A stretch of 64,000 nt of DNA from Candidatus Eiseniibacteriota bacterium. GTDB taxonomy: Bacteria > Eisenbacteria > RBG-16-71-46 > SZUA-252. Below the pieces are notes generated by a model. That model was not told where the DNA came from. It worked only from the letters and a program-made list of their open reading frames with translations, and made no database searches. The stretch is taken from NCBI GenBank assembly GCA_963703225.1, contig OY969801.1, positions 2,688,001 through 2,752,000 on the forward strand, given 5' to 3'. Positions within the stretch are counted from its first letter, which is position 1, and each line of letters begins with the position of its first letter. Of the stretch, positions 28,363 to 38,987 are shown one piece after another. A program made the position numbers and the translations under genes.

Positions 28363-29598
28363 ATGCGCATTGGGACTCCCCTCTCCCCCGGCGCCACCAA
28401 GGTCATGCTCCTCGGCGCGGGGGAGCTGGGCAAGGAAGTGATCATCGCCCTCCAGCGTCTGGGAGTCGAAACCATCGCGGTCGACCGCTACCCGCACGCG
28501 CCGGGCCACCAGGTGGCGCATCGCTACCACGTCGTCGACATGACCGATCCCAAGGCGCTTCGCGCGGTGGTGGAGAGAGAGCGCCCACACCTCGTGGTGC
28601 CGGAGATCGAGGCGATCGCGACCGACGAGTTGGCCCGCATCGAACAGGCGGGGCTCGCCACGGTCATCCCGACCGCGCGCGCCACCCAGCTCACCATGAA
28701 TCGCGAGGGCATTCGCCGCCTCGCCGCCGAAGAGCTTCGCCTCCCCACCTCGAAGTACCGGTTCGCGGCGTCCGCCGAGGAGATTCGCGCCGCCGCGGCC
28801 GCGCTGGGCTATCCGTGCGTGGTCAAGCCGGTCATGTCCTCCTCCGGGAAGGGCCAATCGGTGATGCGCCAGGCCGCCGAGGTCGACAGGGCGTGGGAGT
28901 ACGCGCAGAGCGCCGGGCGGGTCCGGGGCGGCCGCGTGATCGTGGAAGAGATGATCCGCTTCGAGTACGAGATCACCCTGCTCACCGTTCGGTCGCTGGA
29001 CGAGCGGGGGGAGAACGTGACGTCGTTCTGCGAGCCGGTCGGGCACGTGCAGGTGAAGGGCGACTACGTCGAGAGCTGGCAACCGCAGGCGATGTCCGAG
29101 ACCGCCCGGTCGCGGGCCCAGGACGTGGCCAGGAAGGTGACCGATGGCTTGGGCGGGCGCGGGATCTTTGGGGTGGAGCTCTTCGTGAACGGGGATCAGG
29201 TTTGGTTCAGCGAGGTGAGCCCTCGCCCCCACGATACCGGCATGGTGACGATGATCACCCAGGCTCAGAGCGAGTTCGAGCTCCACGCCAGGGCGATCCT
29301 CGGCCTTCCCGTCAACACTGAGATCCTGACCCCTGGGGCGAGCGCGGTGATCTATGGCGGCGTGGACGAGAAGGGCATCACGTTCGAGGGCGTCGCCGAA
29401 GCGCTGCGGGTGCCCCGCACCGATCTGCGGTTGTTCGGCAAGCCGGAGGCCTTCACCCGACGCCGGATGGGCGTGGCTCTGGCGTACGGCCCCGACATTC
29501 GGGACGCCCGCGAGCGCGCCAAGCTCTGCGCCAGCAGGGTCCGGCCAGTGATCGACTCGATTACCAGGGTCGAGGCCCCGCTCGTCCCGGGTCGGTAA
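28363..29598 (+). CDS. purT: Formate-dependent phosphoribosylglycinamide formyltransferase
   Basis: [51 protein letters not shown]. Confidence 0.97.
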   Translation: MRIGTPLSPGATKVMLLGAGELGKEVIIALQRLGVETIAVDRYPHAPGHQVAHRYHVVDMTDPKALRAVVERERPHLVVPEIEAIATDELARIEQAGLATVIPTARATQLTMNREGIRRLAAEELRLPTSKYRFAASAEEIRAAAAALGYPCVVKPVMSSSGKGQSVMRQAAEVDRAWEYAQSAGRVRGGRVIVEEMIRFEYEITLLTVRSLDERGENVTSFCEPVGHVQVKGDYVESWQPQAMSETARSRAQDVARKVTDGLGGRGIFGVELFVNGDQVWFSEVSPRPHDTGMVTMITQAQSEFELHARAILGLPVNTEILTPGASAVIYGGVDEKGITFEGVAEALRVPRTDLRLFGKPEAFTRRRMGVALAYGPDIRDARERAKLCASRVRPVIDSITRVEAPLVPGR

Positions 29599-29610
29599 TC
29601 CTCGAGGGAA

Positions 29611-31692
29611 ATGGCCCGCAAGCGAAAACCGAAGCAAAGGGAAAGGACTCCGGGGGCCCCCCCGAGCCAAGGCCCCCGCCGGTCCCTCCTCGCCCGCTTA
29701 CCCTGGCTCGCCCCCGCCGCGCTCATGCTCCTCACCGCGGCGGTCTACGCGCGCTCCCTCCGAGTGCCCATCCTCGATTGGGACGACTACGTCTACTACT
29801 TCCGCGACGCCCGCCTCGATCGGCTCTCGGCCGAGAACCTTTGGCGGATCATGACACAGTCGTTCTTCGCCAACTTTCACCCGATCACAACGCTCACCTT
29901 CGCCCTGGACCGGTCGGTTTGGGGAACATGGGTGCCGGGTTACCACATCACCCATCTCGCTTTCTACATCGGGGGCGTGGTGGCGCTCTACTTCCTGTTC
30001 GCCCGGCTTCTCGGCTCCCGGGCGGCCGCGTTTGCCGCGGCCGCGCTCTACTCCGTTCACACCATCCACGTGGAATCGGTGGCCTGGCTCGCCTCACGCA
30101 AGGACGTCGTCTGCCTCTTCTTCTACGCCCTCTCTCTCCTGACGTACGTGCGATACGCGGGGAGATCCAAAGGGGTCATGGGCTCCTACGCCCTCTCCCT
30201 GGTGTTCGCCGCGGCCGCCATGCTCTCGAAGGGGTACGCGGTCATCCTCCCCGCGGTGATGCTGGCCTACGACTACTGCTTTACCGGTCGCCTGACACGG
30301 CGACAGATACTCGACAAGATCCCGTTTCTCGCGCTCTGCGCCGCCGCCATCTTGCTCACCGTTCACGCTCAGGACCGAGACACCGCGCTCATCCAATCGA
30401 CCATCACGGGAGGGCGGCGGGTCGGATTGCTGGCGAAGATCTTCGCCCTCTATATCCGGAAGACACTCCTGCCGACGGATCTGTCGGCGTTCTACGTCGT
30501 GGCGGGGAAGCCCGTCGAAGGCTATCTCGTGCTCTTCGGCGGGCTGGCGGCGATTGGATGCGTCGCCGGATTCATTTTCTGGCGCCGGAGCCTTCCCGCG
30601 GCGGCCTTCGGGATCGCGCTGTTCCTCCTTCCCCTGGGCACGGTGATGAACTTCATCTACACGCTGCGCATTTGGATGGCGGATCGGTATCTCTTCTTCC
30701 CGACGATCGGCATTTGCCTTACTGGCGTCGCGCTCGCCGCTTCGTGGGGCGCTCCTGCCCAGCTCCGCTCCAACGCCCGCACGGCGCGCGTCGCGCTGCC
30801 GGTCCTGGCCGCCCTGCTGATCTGCTTCTATTCCGTTCTCACCGTCCAGCGGATCGGCGTCTGGACGAGTCCGCTCACGCTCTGGAGCGATGTCCTGCGC
30901 AAGGATCTCGGCCTTCCGGGCTCGGGGCCGATCACCGCCGGAGATCTCCGCGGCGCGGCCGACCTCCGGGCCGCCCCGAGCGTCGCGGTCATGAGCCTGG
31001 TGCGGGCTTACGAGTCGGCGGGAAATGGCGACGAGGCGCAGCGGATCAACGATCTCCTGGGTCGGGCGGCGATCGGAGGCGTCGAGGAGCGCGAAATGGC
31101 CGCCGCGAGGGACGACCTCGAGGCGGGGCGGTACGACGAGTCGATCCGGCGGCTCACCCCGATTTCCGAAGGCGGGACCTGGCTCGCGCCACAGGCGACG
31201 ATCTGGATCGGCGTCGCGCAGAACCGGAAGGGCGACGTGGAGGCCTCCCGACAGACAATCAACCGCGCGGTCGGGCTCTACCGGAAATCTGGACAGCCCG
31301 CCACGGATGCCTATGTCGGCATCGGCGCGATGGAGTTCAACAAGGGGAATTTTGCAAAGGCGGCCGAGTGGTACCGCCTCGCGCACCAGGAATCGCCTCG
31401 GGAAGCGAAGGCCGCGTTCTACTTGGCGCGGTCCCTGGAGGAGACGGGCCGCACGGCCGAGGCGATGCAGCTCTACAAGCGGATCGCCAGCGGCGAGCTG
31501 CCCATTCTGGCGGGAAGCCAGTTCACGATCCTCGACGTCTACTCGCAGATGGAAGTGATCGCCGAGCGCGAGGGCCGGACCCAAGATGCGATCGGCTATC
31601 TCGAGGAGATCCTGCGCCGGGCGCCGAACCACCCCCGTCGCGACGTCATCCTCGCGCGGATCGCTTCGCTCCGAGGAACGCCCGCGAAGTAG
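29611..31692 (+). CDS. TMTC-like GT-C protein with C-terminal TPRs
   Basis: WDD, FHPIT, HTIHVESVAWLASRKD, LSKG, ADRYLFFP, VWTSPLTLW, followed by TPRs. Confidence 0.85.
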   Translation: MARKRKPKQRERTPGAPPSQGPRRSLLARLPWLAPAALMLLTAAVYARSLRVPILDWDDYVYYFRDARLDRLSAENLWRIMTQSFFANFHPITTLTFALDRSVWGTWVPGYHITHLAFYIGGVVALYFLFARLLGSRAAAFAAAALYSVHTIHVESVAWLASRKDVVCLFFYALSLLTYVRYAGRSKGVMGSYALSLVFAAAAMLSKGYAVILPAVMLAYDYCFTGRLTRRQILDKIPFLALCAAAILLTVHAQDRDTALIQSTITGGRRVGLLAKIFALYIRKTLLPTDLSAFYVVAGKPVEGYLVLFGGLAAIGCVAGFIFWRRSLPAAAFGIALFLLPLGTVMNFIYTLRIWMADRYLFFPTIGICLTGVALAASWGAPAQLRSNARTARVALPVLAALLICFYSVLTVQRIGVWTSPLTLWSDVLRKDLGLPGSGPITAGDLRGAADLRAAPSVAVMSLVRAYESAGNGDEAQRINDLLGRAAIGGVEEREMAAARDDLEAGRYDESIRRLTPISEGGTWLAPQATIWIGVAQNRKGDVEASRQTINRAVGLYRKSGQPATDAYVGIGAMEFNKGNFAKAAEWYRLAHQESPREAKAAFYLARSLEETGRTAEAMQLYKRIASGELPILAGSQFTILDVYSQMEVIAEREGRTQDAIGYLEEILRRAPNHPRRDVILARIASLRGTPAK

Positions 31693-31861
31693 CGAATATC
31701 AGGGGGGATAGAGCGACCACCGGTCGGCCCCGTTCAATCGCCGGTTAAGCGCGGACAGCCGGCTGCCGATAGTTCCGGCGGGGATTCCACCGCAATCGGC
31801 ATCGCTGTCGGCGCCGGCTCCCACGCGTTTGGCGCGGTCCGGAAGGCCCGGGGAGATCGAC

Positions 31862-32323
31862 ATGGGACGGGGATTGAAGGTCGCTGCGTTCTCTGTGGGC
31901 GCCATGGTGCTTGGCGCCGTGCTCTTCGCGATGATGTCGGGCTCGAAGCAGGCCGCCCAGCCGGAGAGCAAGGTCACCGTCTCCTGGGAGCTGGACTCGC
32001 TTTCCCAGGCATCCGACGCGCCGCCGCCACCGGTGGCGGGCTACACGCCCACCTGGATCCCGACGCACGGTTCTGGAAAGGCCTCGAAGAGCGACGGCGG
32101 CTCATCGAGTTCCGGGTCGAGCACGACCTCCGAATCGGCCTCGTCCGGCGGCGGGCAATCATCCGCTTCCAATTCCGGCGGCGCTCCGGCGGATCAGCCT
32201 CCGCCCGCGGAGGTCACCGCCACCACGAGCGACGCGTCGCCGCAGCCGGCTCCTCAGCAGAGCGTCGATTCCTCTCCGAACAACACCGGAGAGCTGCGGG
32301 AAATGCTCCGGCGCGGAAAGTAG
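31862..32323 (+). CDS. Membrane-anchored Ser/Pro/Thr-rich low-complexity protein
   Basis: Single N-terminal TM helix, then SSSSGSSTTSESASSGGGQSS tract; RBS GGAG. Confidence 0.7.
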   Translation: MGRGLKVAAFSVGAMVLGAVLFAMMSGSKQAAQPESKVTVSWELDSLSQASDAPPPPVAGYTPTWIPTHGSGKASKSDGGSSSSGSSTTSESASSGGGQSSASNSGGAPADQPPPAEVTATTSDASPQPAPQQSVDSSPNNTGELREMLRRGK

Positions 32324-32333
32324 TCATCGATGG

Positions 32334-33581
32334 CTATTCGTAGCGCAGCGCGTCGATCGGATTGAGCCTGGAGGCTCGCATCGCGGGCAGAAGTCCGAAG
32401 CCGATTCCCACTGCCGAGCAGAACAAGAGCCCGATAACGGCCCACTCCAGGGGCACGCGCACCGCAAAGTGCGTGAAGAGCGCGACGAGGTTGCCGAGCC
32501 CGAAGCCCACCAGGACGCCGAAGATCCCGCCGATGTTGCAGAGGATGACCGCCTCGAGGAGGAACTGAGCCAGGATCCCCTCGGGCTTGGCTCCGAGCGC
32601 CTTGCGGATCCCGATCTCCCGGGTGCGCTCGGTCACCGCGACCAGCATGATGTTCATGATGCCGATCCCCGCCACGACCAGCGCGATGATGCCGATGACG
32701 AACGCGGCGATCTTCACGCCCATGCTCATGCTGTTGAACTGGGTGATGAGGCTCTCGCTGTTGAAGAACTCGAAGTTGTCCTCTTCGGTCGGCCGCAGCC
32801 CACGGTCGCGGCGCAGGACCTGGCGCGTCTGCTCGATCGCGTCCTCGATCAGCTCCGGCGTCTTCGCTCGGACCGTGATGTTGACGGAGCGCGCGAACCC
32901 GTTTCGGTCCACCAAGCCGTAGGTCCCGACGAAGGTCGAGACGGGCATCAGGACGTAGTTGTCAAAGTTCCCGCCGAACGCCGACTTCTTCTCGTCGAAT
33001 ACCCCGATGACCTGGTACTTCCGCCCGTCCACGCGGATGTCCTTGCCGATCGGATCGGTGAACGGGAACAGCTTCTGGGCGATCGCGTAGCCGATGACCA
33101 CCACCTTGCGGGCCGTCTTGACGTCGATCTCCGAGATGTTTCGTCCGATCCCGACGTAGTGGGTGTTGTTCGGCGGATACTCCGGCGTGCCGCCGCAGAT
33201 CGAGATGTTGGGATTCGTCGACTCCCCCTTGTAACTCGCGGTAAAGCCGAAGTCCCAGATCTCGGACCCCACCAGATCCACGGATTCGACCTGCTCCCGG
33301 ATCGCCTCGGCGTTCGCGAGCGTGAGCGGCGGCCGGCGCATCGCCTTTCGGCGCGCCGCGTCGGAGTTGAATCCACCGGCGGGCCACTTCTGGACCTGGA
33401 AGATCTGGGCGCCGAGGACGCTCATCTCCTGCTCCATGGTGCCCTGGATCACGGAGATCCCGGTCATCACGGCGATGATCGACGCGACGCCCGCGACGAT
33501 TCCCACCAGGGTGAGGACCGACCGCAGCTTGTTGCTGACGATCGCCCCCAGCGACATGAAGAACGCGTCAAACGGACGCAT
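32334..33581 (-). CDS. MacB/YknZ-type ABC permease
   Basis: [45 protein letters not shown]. Confidence 0.93.
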   Translation of the reverse strand: MRPFDAFFMSLGAIVSNKLRSVLTLVGIVAGVASIIAVMTGISVIQGTMEQEMSVLGAQIFQVQKWPAGGFNSDAARRKAMRRPPLTLANAEAIREQVESVDLVGSEIWDFGFTASYKGESTNPNISICGGTPEYPPNNTHYVGIGRNISEIDVKTARKVVVIGYAIAQKLFPFTDPIGKDIRVDGRKYQVIGVFDEKKSAFGGNFDNYVLMPVSTFVGTYGLVDRNGFARSVNITVRAKTPELIEDAIEQTRQVLRRDRGLRPTEEDNFEFFNSESLITQFNSMSMGVKIAAFVIGIIALVVAGIGIMNIMLVAVTERTREIGIRKALGAKPEGILAQFLLEAVILCNIGGIFGVLVGFGLGNLVALFTHFAVRVPLEWAVIGLLFCSAVGIGFGLLPAMRASRLNPIDALRYE

Positions 33582-33604
33582 GGAGCCGAACCTCCGTCCC
33601 GGAG

Positions 33605-34851
33605 CTACTCATAGCGGAGCGACTCGATCGGATCGAGCCTGGCGCCCGCGATACGCCGGGACGACGCCCGCGGCCACTCCCGACCGCGATCGACACCGCC
33701 ACCGCCACCGCCAGGATGGGCAAGGACATGCTCGCCGGCATCAGCACCGCGTTGATCACGGCGGTCAGCGCGGCGGCGATGGCGATCCCGATCAACCCTC
33801 CCGACCAGGCAGATGGCCGAGGACTCGAACAGGAACTGCAGCAGGATGCTCCGCCGCGTCGCGCCGATCGCCTTGCGGATCCCGATCTCGCGGGTGCGCT
33901 CGGTGACCGAGACGAACATGATGTTCATCACGCCGATGGCGCCGACGAACAGCGAGATGCCGGTGACGATCAGCCCCACCAGCAGCACCACGCCCATCAC
34001 GTTGTTGAAGGTGCCGACCAGCGTGTCGAGCTTGTTGATCGAGAAGTTGTCGGGTTCGGTCGGGCGGAGCTGGCGGATCTTCCGCATCTCGCCGATCACC
34101 TCGAACTCGAGATCGCCCAGCGCCTCCTGCCGGGGCGCCTTGACCGCGATGTTCACGTCCTGGCGACCGTCGGTTCCCGCCGAACGCCTTCACGTAGGCG
34201 CTGATCGGGACGAAGACCTGCCGGTCGAAGTTGGGGCCGCCCAGGAAGCTTCCCCCCTGCTTCTCCATGACGCCGATCACCCGGAACACGGTGCGGCCGA
34301 TCTTGATGCTCTTGTTGATCGGATCGGTCGATCCCGAAGAGCCCCTTCTGCACGTCGGTGCCGATCACGCAGACGTTCTTCTTGTACGCGACGTCGTAGG
34401 GCATGAGGAACCGCCCGGTCTGCGGCCGGGCGCTGGAGAGGCTGCATCTGCTTCTCGGTGGTGCCGATGACGTTCACGCCCTCCATCATCTCGTCGCGGT
34501 ACTTCACGTCACGGCGGTCGCTCATGGTCGGATTGACGATCGCCTTGCCCGCGCAGCTTCTCCTCCAGCGCGCGCGCCTCGCGGAGATCGAGGTTGGGGC
34601 GATTGCGGAACGAGAAGAAGTCGTTCATGACCACCCAGGGCATGCGCGAGACGTAGAGCACGTCGGTGCCGACGGACGGAGAAGCTCTCGCGGAACTTGT
34701 TCTGCAGCCCGTTGGCGGCGGTCATGGTGATCACGACCGCGACGATGCCGATGATGATGCCGAGCGTGGTCAGGACGCCGCGGGCCTTGTTGGCCCGGAT
34801 GGCGCGCAGCGCGATCTGGAACGATTCGCCGAGGTCCATGGCCGGGCTCAT
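33605..34851 (-). CDS. Second MacB-type ABC permease, frameshifted
   Basis: [42 protein letters not shown] and DPIESLRYE occur in different frames. Confidence 0.85.
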
Positions 34852-35657
34852 GCGGGGTAGGCGCCCACCGCGGAGGCGATCTCGCCCGCGGCCGGCGCGT
34901 CCGCCAAGACCTCGGCGTCGCGATCGCCGCGCGGGCGGCGGATGGTCCGGACATCGCTCTCGATCAGCCCGTCCCTCAGCCGGATGGCGCGCTCCGCGCG
35001 CTCGGCGATGTACTCCTCGTGGGTGACCAGGATGATGGTCTGCCCGGCCGCGTGCAGCTCGTCGAGCATGTCCATGATCTCGTCGCCGGTCTTGGTGTCG
35101 AGATTGCCGGTCGGCTCGTCGGCCAGGATGATCGAGGGGTTGTAGACCAGCGCCCGCGCGATCGCCACGCGCTGCCGCTGCCCGCCCGAGAGCTCGTTCG
35201 GCCGGTGCTTCATGCGGTCGCCGAGGCCGACCCGCTCCAGCGCCCGCTCGGCGCGCGCTCGCCGCTCCGCCTTGGCGACTCCGCCGTAGATGAGCGGCAG
35301 CTCGACGTTGTGGAAGATGTTGGCGCGCGCGATGAGGTTGAAGGTCTGAAAGACGAATCCGATGCGGCGATTTCGGATCTCGGCCAGCTGCCCCTCGGAC
35401 ATCCCGGCCACCCTCTGCCCCTCGAGGTAGTACGTCCCCGAGGTCGGCACGTCGAGGCAGCCGATGACGTTCATCAGCGTCGACTTGCCCGAGCCGGACG
35501 GCCCCATGATGGCGACGTATTCGTTTCGGGCGATATCGAGCGAGACGCCGTTCAGGGCGTGCACCTGCTCGGCGCCCATGAGGTAGGTCTTCACCACGTC
35601 CCGGAGCGACAGGATCGGGCTCATCGAAGTGGTCGTCTCGCTATCCCTGCGATCCAT
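34848..35657 (-). CDS. MacB/LolD-type ABC ATP-binding protein
   Basis: [29 protein letters not shown]. Confidence 0.95.
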   Translation of the reverse strand: MDRRDSETTTSMSPILSLRDVVKTYLMGAEQVHALNGVSLDIARNEYVAIMGPSGSGKSTLMNVIGCLDVPTSGTYYLEGQRVAGMSEGQLAEIRNRRIGFVFQTFNLIARANIFHNVELPLIYGGVAKAERRARAERALERVGLGDRMKHRPNELSGGQRQRVAIARALVYNPSIILADEPTGNLDTKTGDEIMDMLDELHAAGQTIILVTHEEYIAERAERAIRLRDGLIESDVRTIRRPRGDRDAEVLADAPAAGEIASAVGAYPA

Positions 35658-36918
35658 TTCCCTTTGCCCCGTTGGGCTTCATGGGTCCCTTGCTGACGGT
35701 CACCACGGCGCCGTTCTCCAGATCCTTCGAGATGGCCCGATAGCTCCCGCTGACGACCTCGTCGCCCTCCTTCAGACCCTCGAGGATCTCGATCAGCTCG
35801 TCGCTCTGGATGCCGGTCTTGACCTGCTTGGCGACCGCCCGCTGGCCCTCGATGCAGAAGACGATCTCGACGAAGCCGTCTCGTCGGCCTTGTAGCGCGC
35901 CTCGGCGTCCTTGCGCTTCTCGCCCTTCATCGTGAGCTGGTCCACGGTCCGCACCGCGACGCTCTGGATGGGCACGCTCAGCGCGCTGTCGTTGGTCTTG
36001 GTGATGATGTCCGCGCTCGCCGTCATCCCGGGACGAAGCGTCTTGGGGGGATCGGTGATGGCGATCTTGATTTCGAACTCGGTCTTCTGCTCCGACGTGC
36101 CCAGCGGCGCCGACGTTGGCGCTGTTGGCGATCTCGTAGACGACGCCCTTCAGCTTCTGCCCGGGCAGCGCGTCGACCTCGATCTCGGCCTTCTGACCGA
36201 TCGCGATCGAGACGATGTCGTTCTCGTCGACGTTGACCTGCGCTTCCATCTCGGAGAGATCGGCGATGATCAGGATGACGTCCTTCTGGAACTGGGAGCC
36301 GAGCGCGATCTCGCCCTGCTCCTTGTTCAGCTCGCTGACGGTCCCCGACATCGGGGCATAGATGGTGGTCTTGGACAGGTCGTCGCGCGCCTGCTTGAGC
36401 GCGGCCTTCGCCTGCTCCACCTGGTCCTGCGCCGACTTGTAGCGGGCGACCTCGACCTGATACTCGGCCTGCTTCGCGTCGAAGGCGGACTGCGACTCGA
36501 GCCCGGTCGACAGGAGCTCCTGGGACCGCTTGAACTCCTTCTCGGCCCGGTTCATGTTCTCGCGAACCAGCGTGGCGTTCGCCTCGGCGGAGCTGACGTT
36601 CGCCTCGGCGCTCTCGACCGCGGCCACGTAGCGCTCCCGGTCCAGCTCCACGAGGAACGTGCCCTTCTCGACCCACTGCCCCTCGACCACCGACAGCTTG
36701 GTGATCTTGGCGCTCACGTCGGCGCTGATCTCGACCTGGGTCTTCGGCTGGATCTTTCCGGTGGCGCTGACCTTCTGCACGATCTTCTGCCGATCCACCT
36801 TGGCCGTCTGCACCTCCAGCGTCTTGTCGCCGCGGCCGCGCATGGCCGCTCCGGCGACGGCGGCCACTACGACCAGGGCGGCGATGCCGATCAACAACGG
36901 CTTTCTCTTGATCTTCAT
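35641..36918 (-). CDS. Efflux periplasmic adaptor (MacA/YknX-like) with two compensating frameshifts
   Basis: [23 protein letters not shown]. The conserved [19 protein letters not shown] segment (about 35880-36105) is in another frame. Confidence 0.88.
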   Translation of the reverse strand: MKIKRKPLLIGIAALVVVAAVAGAAMRGRGDKTLEVQTAKVDRQKIVQKVSATGKIQPKTQVEISADVSAKITKLSVVEGQWVEKGTFLVELDRERYVAAVESAEANVSSAEANATLVRENMNRAEKEFKRSQELLSTGLESQSAFDAKQAEYQVEVARYKSAQDQVEQAKAALKQARDDLSKTTIYAPMSGTVSELNKEQGEIALGSQFQKDVILIIADLSEMEAQVNVDENDIVSIAIGQKAEIEVDALPGQKLKGVVYEIANSANVGAAGHVGAEDRVRNQDRHHRSPQDASSRDDGERGHHHQDQRQRAERAHPERRGADRGPAHDEGREAQGRRGALQGRRDGFVEIVFCIEGQRAVAKQVKTGIQSDELIEILEGLKEGDEVVSGSYRAISKDLENGAVVTVSKGPMKPNGAKGNGSQG

Positions 36919-36983
36919 TTCTCAACGGCCTCCACGTTCATGGGAATCAAAGCTCTGAGCGAGGCTCCGTGCCACGCTACGAG

Positions 36984-37009
36984 TACGGGAGGAGCGGGCG
37001 AGAGGTTCC
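36984..37009 (-). promoter_or_regulatory. ECF sigma (SigW/SigE-like) promoter
   Basis: GGAACC-N16-CGTA, 66 bp upstream of the adaptor ATG. Confidence 0.6.
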
Positions 37010-37276
37010 GCCGCTCTTCGCGGAACCGCATGGTCAACAGCACGCCGTCTCACGGGGGGACCGGCCAGAGCCATGGGAGAGTGGCTGGATCTGACGGAGC
37101 GAGGCGGAGCCTTTGCCTTAAGTCTTTTATTTGTATGGTGTTGCTGAATCGCGCCCCCACCCGGCGGACCTACACGGTTCAGTACCACGGGGATTCTAAT
37201 CCCATCCACCCATTCGGAGCTAGGCTCTTGCGAAGCGGCAATCGTGCGCCTGGCGGCGCGTGTTAAGGTCGCCCCC

Positions 37277-38986
37277 GTGCCAAAAGCCAGCACCCGACGC
37301 GCCTCCCCAACCGCCGTCAGACCGCCCCTCGAGCCGATTCTGAGCCGGCCTCGCTGGCTCCGGCCGGTCGTCCTGGCTCTTCTCACCGCGCTCGCGCTGC
37401 TCCCGTTCACCGGGAAGGCGTTTCACATCGATGACCCCTTGTTCGTCTGGGCCGGGAAGCAGATCGCGAGCAAACCGCTCGACCCCTACGGATTCCAAGT
37501 CAATTGGTACGGTTTCACGATGCCGATGTCGGACGTCACCAAGAACCCCCCGCTCACCTCTTACTACATCGCCGGCGTCGCGGCTCTCTTGGGATGGAGC
37601 GAACGGGCGCTCCATTTCGCGTTTCTCCTGCCGGCCATCGTCGTCATTCTGGGGACCTATTCCCTCGCCGAAAGGCTCTGCGCCAGGCCGCTGATGGCGA
37701 CCCTTTGGACCCTCTTCACCCCTGTCTTTCTCGTCTCGAGCAGTACCGTGATGTCGGACACACTGATGTTGGCGTTTTGGATGGCCGCGACCTACCTATG
37801 GTTGATCGGCCTGGAGAGGAAATCGTCCGTTCCGCTGATCCTCTCCGGTATCTGCGTCGCTCTGTGCGCGTTGGCCAAGTACTTCGGGATGACCTTGATC
37901 CCCCTATTGCTGGTCTACACCCTCCTCAAGCGCCGCCGCGTCACGTGGGCCATCACGTATCTGTTGGTCCCGATCGTGATCCTGTGTGCCTATCAGTGGG
38001 TCACCCACAAGCTCTATGGGCGCGGCCTCCTCCTCGACGCGGCGTCCTACGCCACGGGAGCGCCCACGCAGTGGGGCAAGATGTCGCCGGGCAAGCTTCT
38101 GATCGGGCTGGCCTTCACGGGCGGCTGCATCGGCATCGGGTGGATCTACGCGCTCTGGCCGTGGCGGCCGCGAATCGTGCTCGCGGGGGTGGCGGCCGCG
38201 GCGGTGGTGATGCTCGGGGTGGCTTCGACACACAGCATTGGAAATTACGCGCTGGGCGCGCGGGATGGAAACCTGGGAACCACGGCGGCCTTGTTCGGGA
38301 TTTTCACGGCCGGTGGGTTGGCCGTCCTCGCGGTCGCGCTCGCCAAGCTGGTCCGGCGGGCCGACGCGGAGGAGGTGCTCCTCAGCCTTTGGATTCTCGG
38401 CACGTTCCTCTTCGCGACGGTGATCAACTGGTCGACGAACGGTCGGTCCATCCTACCCTTGGTCCCCGCGGCCGGGATTCTCCTGGCGCGATGGATCGAG
38501 CAGCGCGGAAAGAGCAAGAAATCGACCGGAACCCGGAGCCTGGCGGTCGGCATCACGGCCGCCGCGCTGATCGCCATCGGCGTGGCATGGGCCGACATGC
38601 GGCTCGCCGATAGCGCGCGGCGGGCTGCGAAGGAGATTCACGCCAAGTACGGGGGAAGGGATTCGCGACTCTGGTTTGAGGGACACTGGGGTTTTCAGTA
38701 CTACATGGAAGCGCTGGGGGCAATGCCGATCGATCAGAAGAATTCACGCTTCGTTCCGGGCGACATCATCGTCGTTCCCGAAAACAACACGAACATTTCG
38801 CCGCCGCCCAAGGAGTGGACCCGCGCTGTCGAGACGCTTGAGATTCCCGCCAGCAGGTGGATTGCTACGATGAACTACGGAGCCGGGATGTATTCCGATG
38901 CCTTCGGCCCGCTGCCGTTCGCCGTGGGGGTCGTCCCCCCGGAGCGCTACGCGATCTATGTGGCGGCGCTTCCAGGCGCGAACTGA
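37277..38986 (+). CDS. ArnT/PMT-like (GT-C) glycosyltransferase
   Basis: FHIDDPLF, NPPLTSYY, MSDTLML, LAKY; many TM helices; TG-n-TAAGGT 7 nt before the GTG. Confidence 0.8.
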   Translation: MPKASTRRASPTAVRPPLEPILSRPRWLRPVVLALLTALALLPFTGKAFHIDDPLFVWAGKQIASKPLDPYGFQVNWYGFTMPMSDVTKNPPLTSYYIAGVAALLGWSERALHFAFLLPAIVVILGTYSLAERLCARPLMATLWTLFTPVFLVSSSTVMSDTLMLAFWMAATYLWLIGLERKSSVPLILSGICVALCALAKYFGMTLIPLLLVYTLLKRRRVTWAITYLLVPIVILCAYQWVTHKLYGRGLLLDAASYATGAPTQWGKMSPGKLLIGLAFTGGCIGIGWIYALWPWRPRIVLAGVAAAAVVMLGVASTHSIGNYALGARDGNLGTTAALFGIFTAGGLAVLAVALAKLVRRADAEEVLLSLWILGTFLFATVINWSTNGRSILPLVPAAGILLARWIEQRGKSKKSTGTRSLAVGITAAALIAIGVAWADMRLADSARRAAKEIHAKYGGRDSRLWFEGHWGFQYYMEALGAMPIDQKNSRFVPGDIIVVPENNTNISPPPKEWTRAVETLEIPASRWIATMNYGAGMYSDAFGPLPFAVGVVPPERYAIYVAALPGAN

Positions 38987-38987
38987 A

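Noticed and set aside
37110..37150. AT-rich tracts (also about 8950 and 45440) as IHF sites or a novel repeat
   Set aside because: Only partial consensus matches; cannot be supported without a scan.
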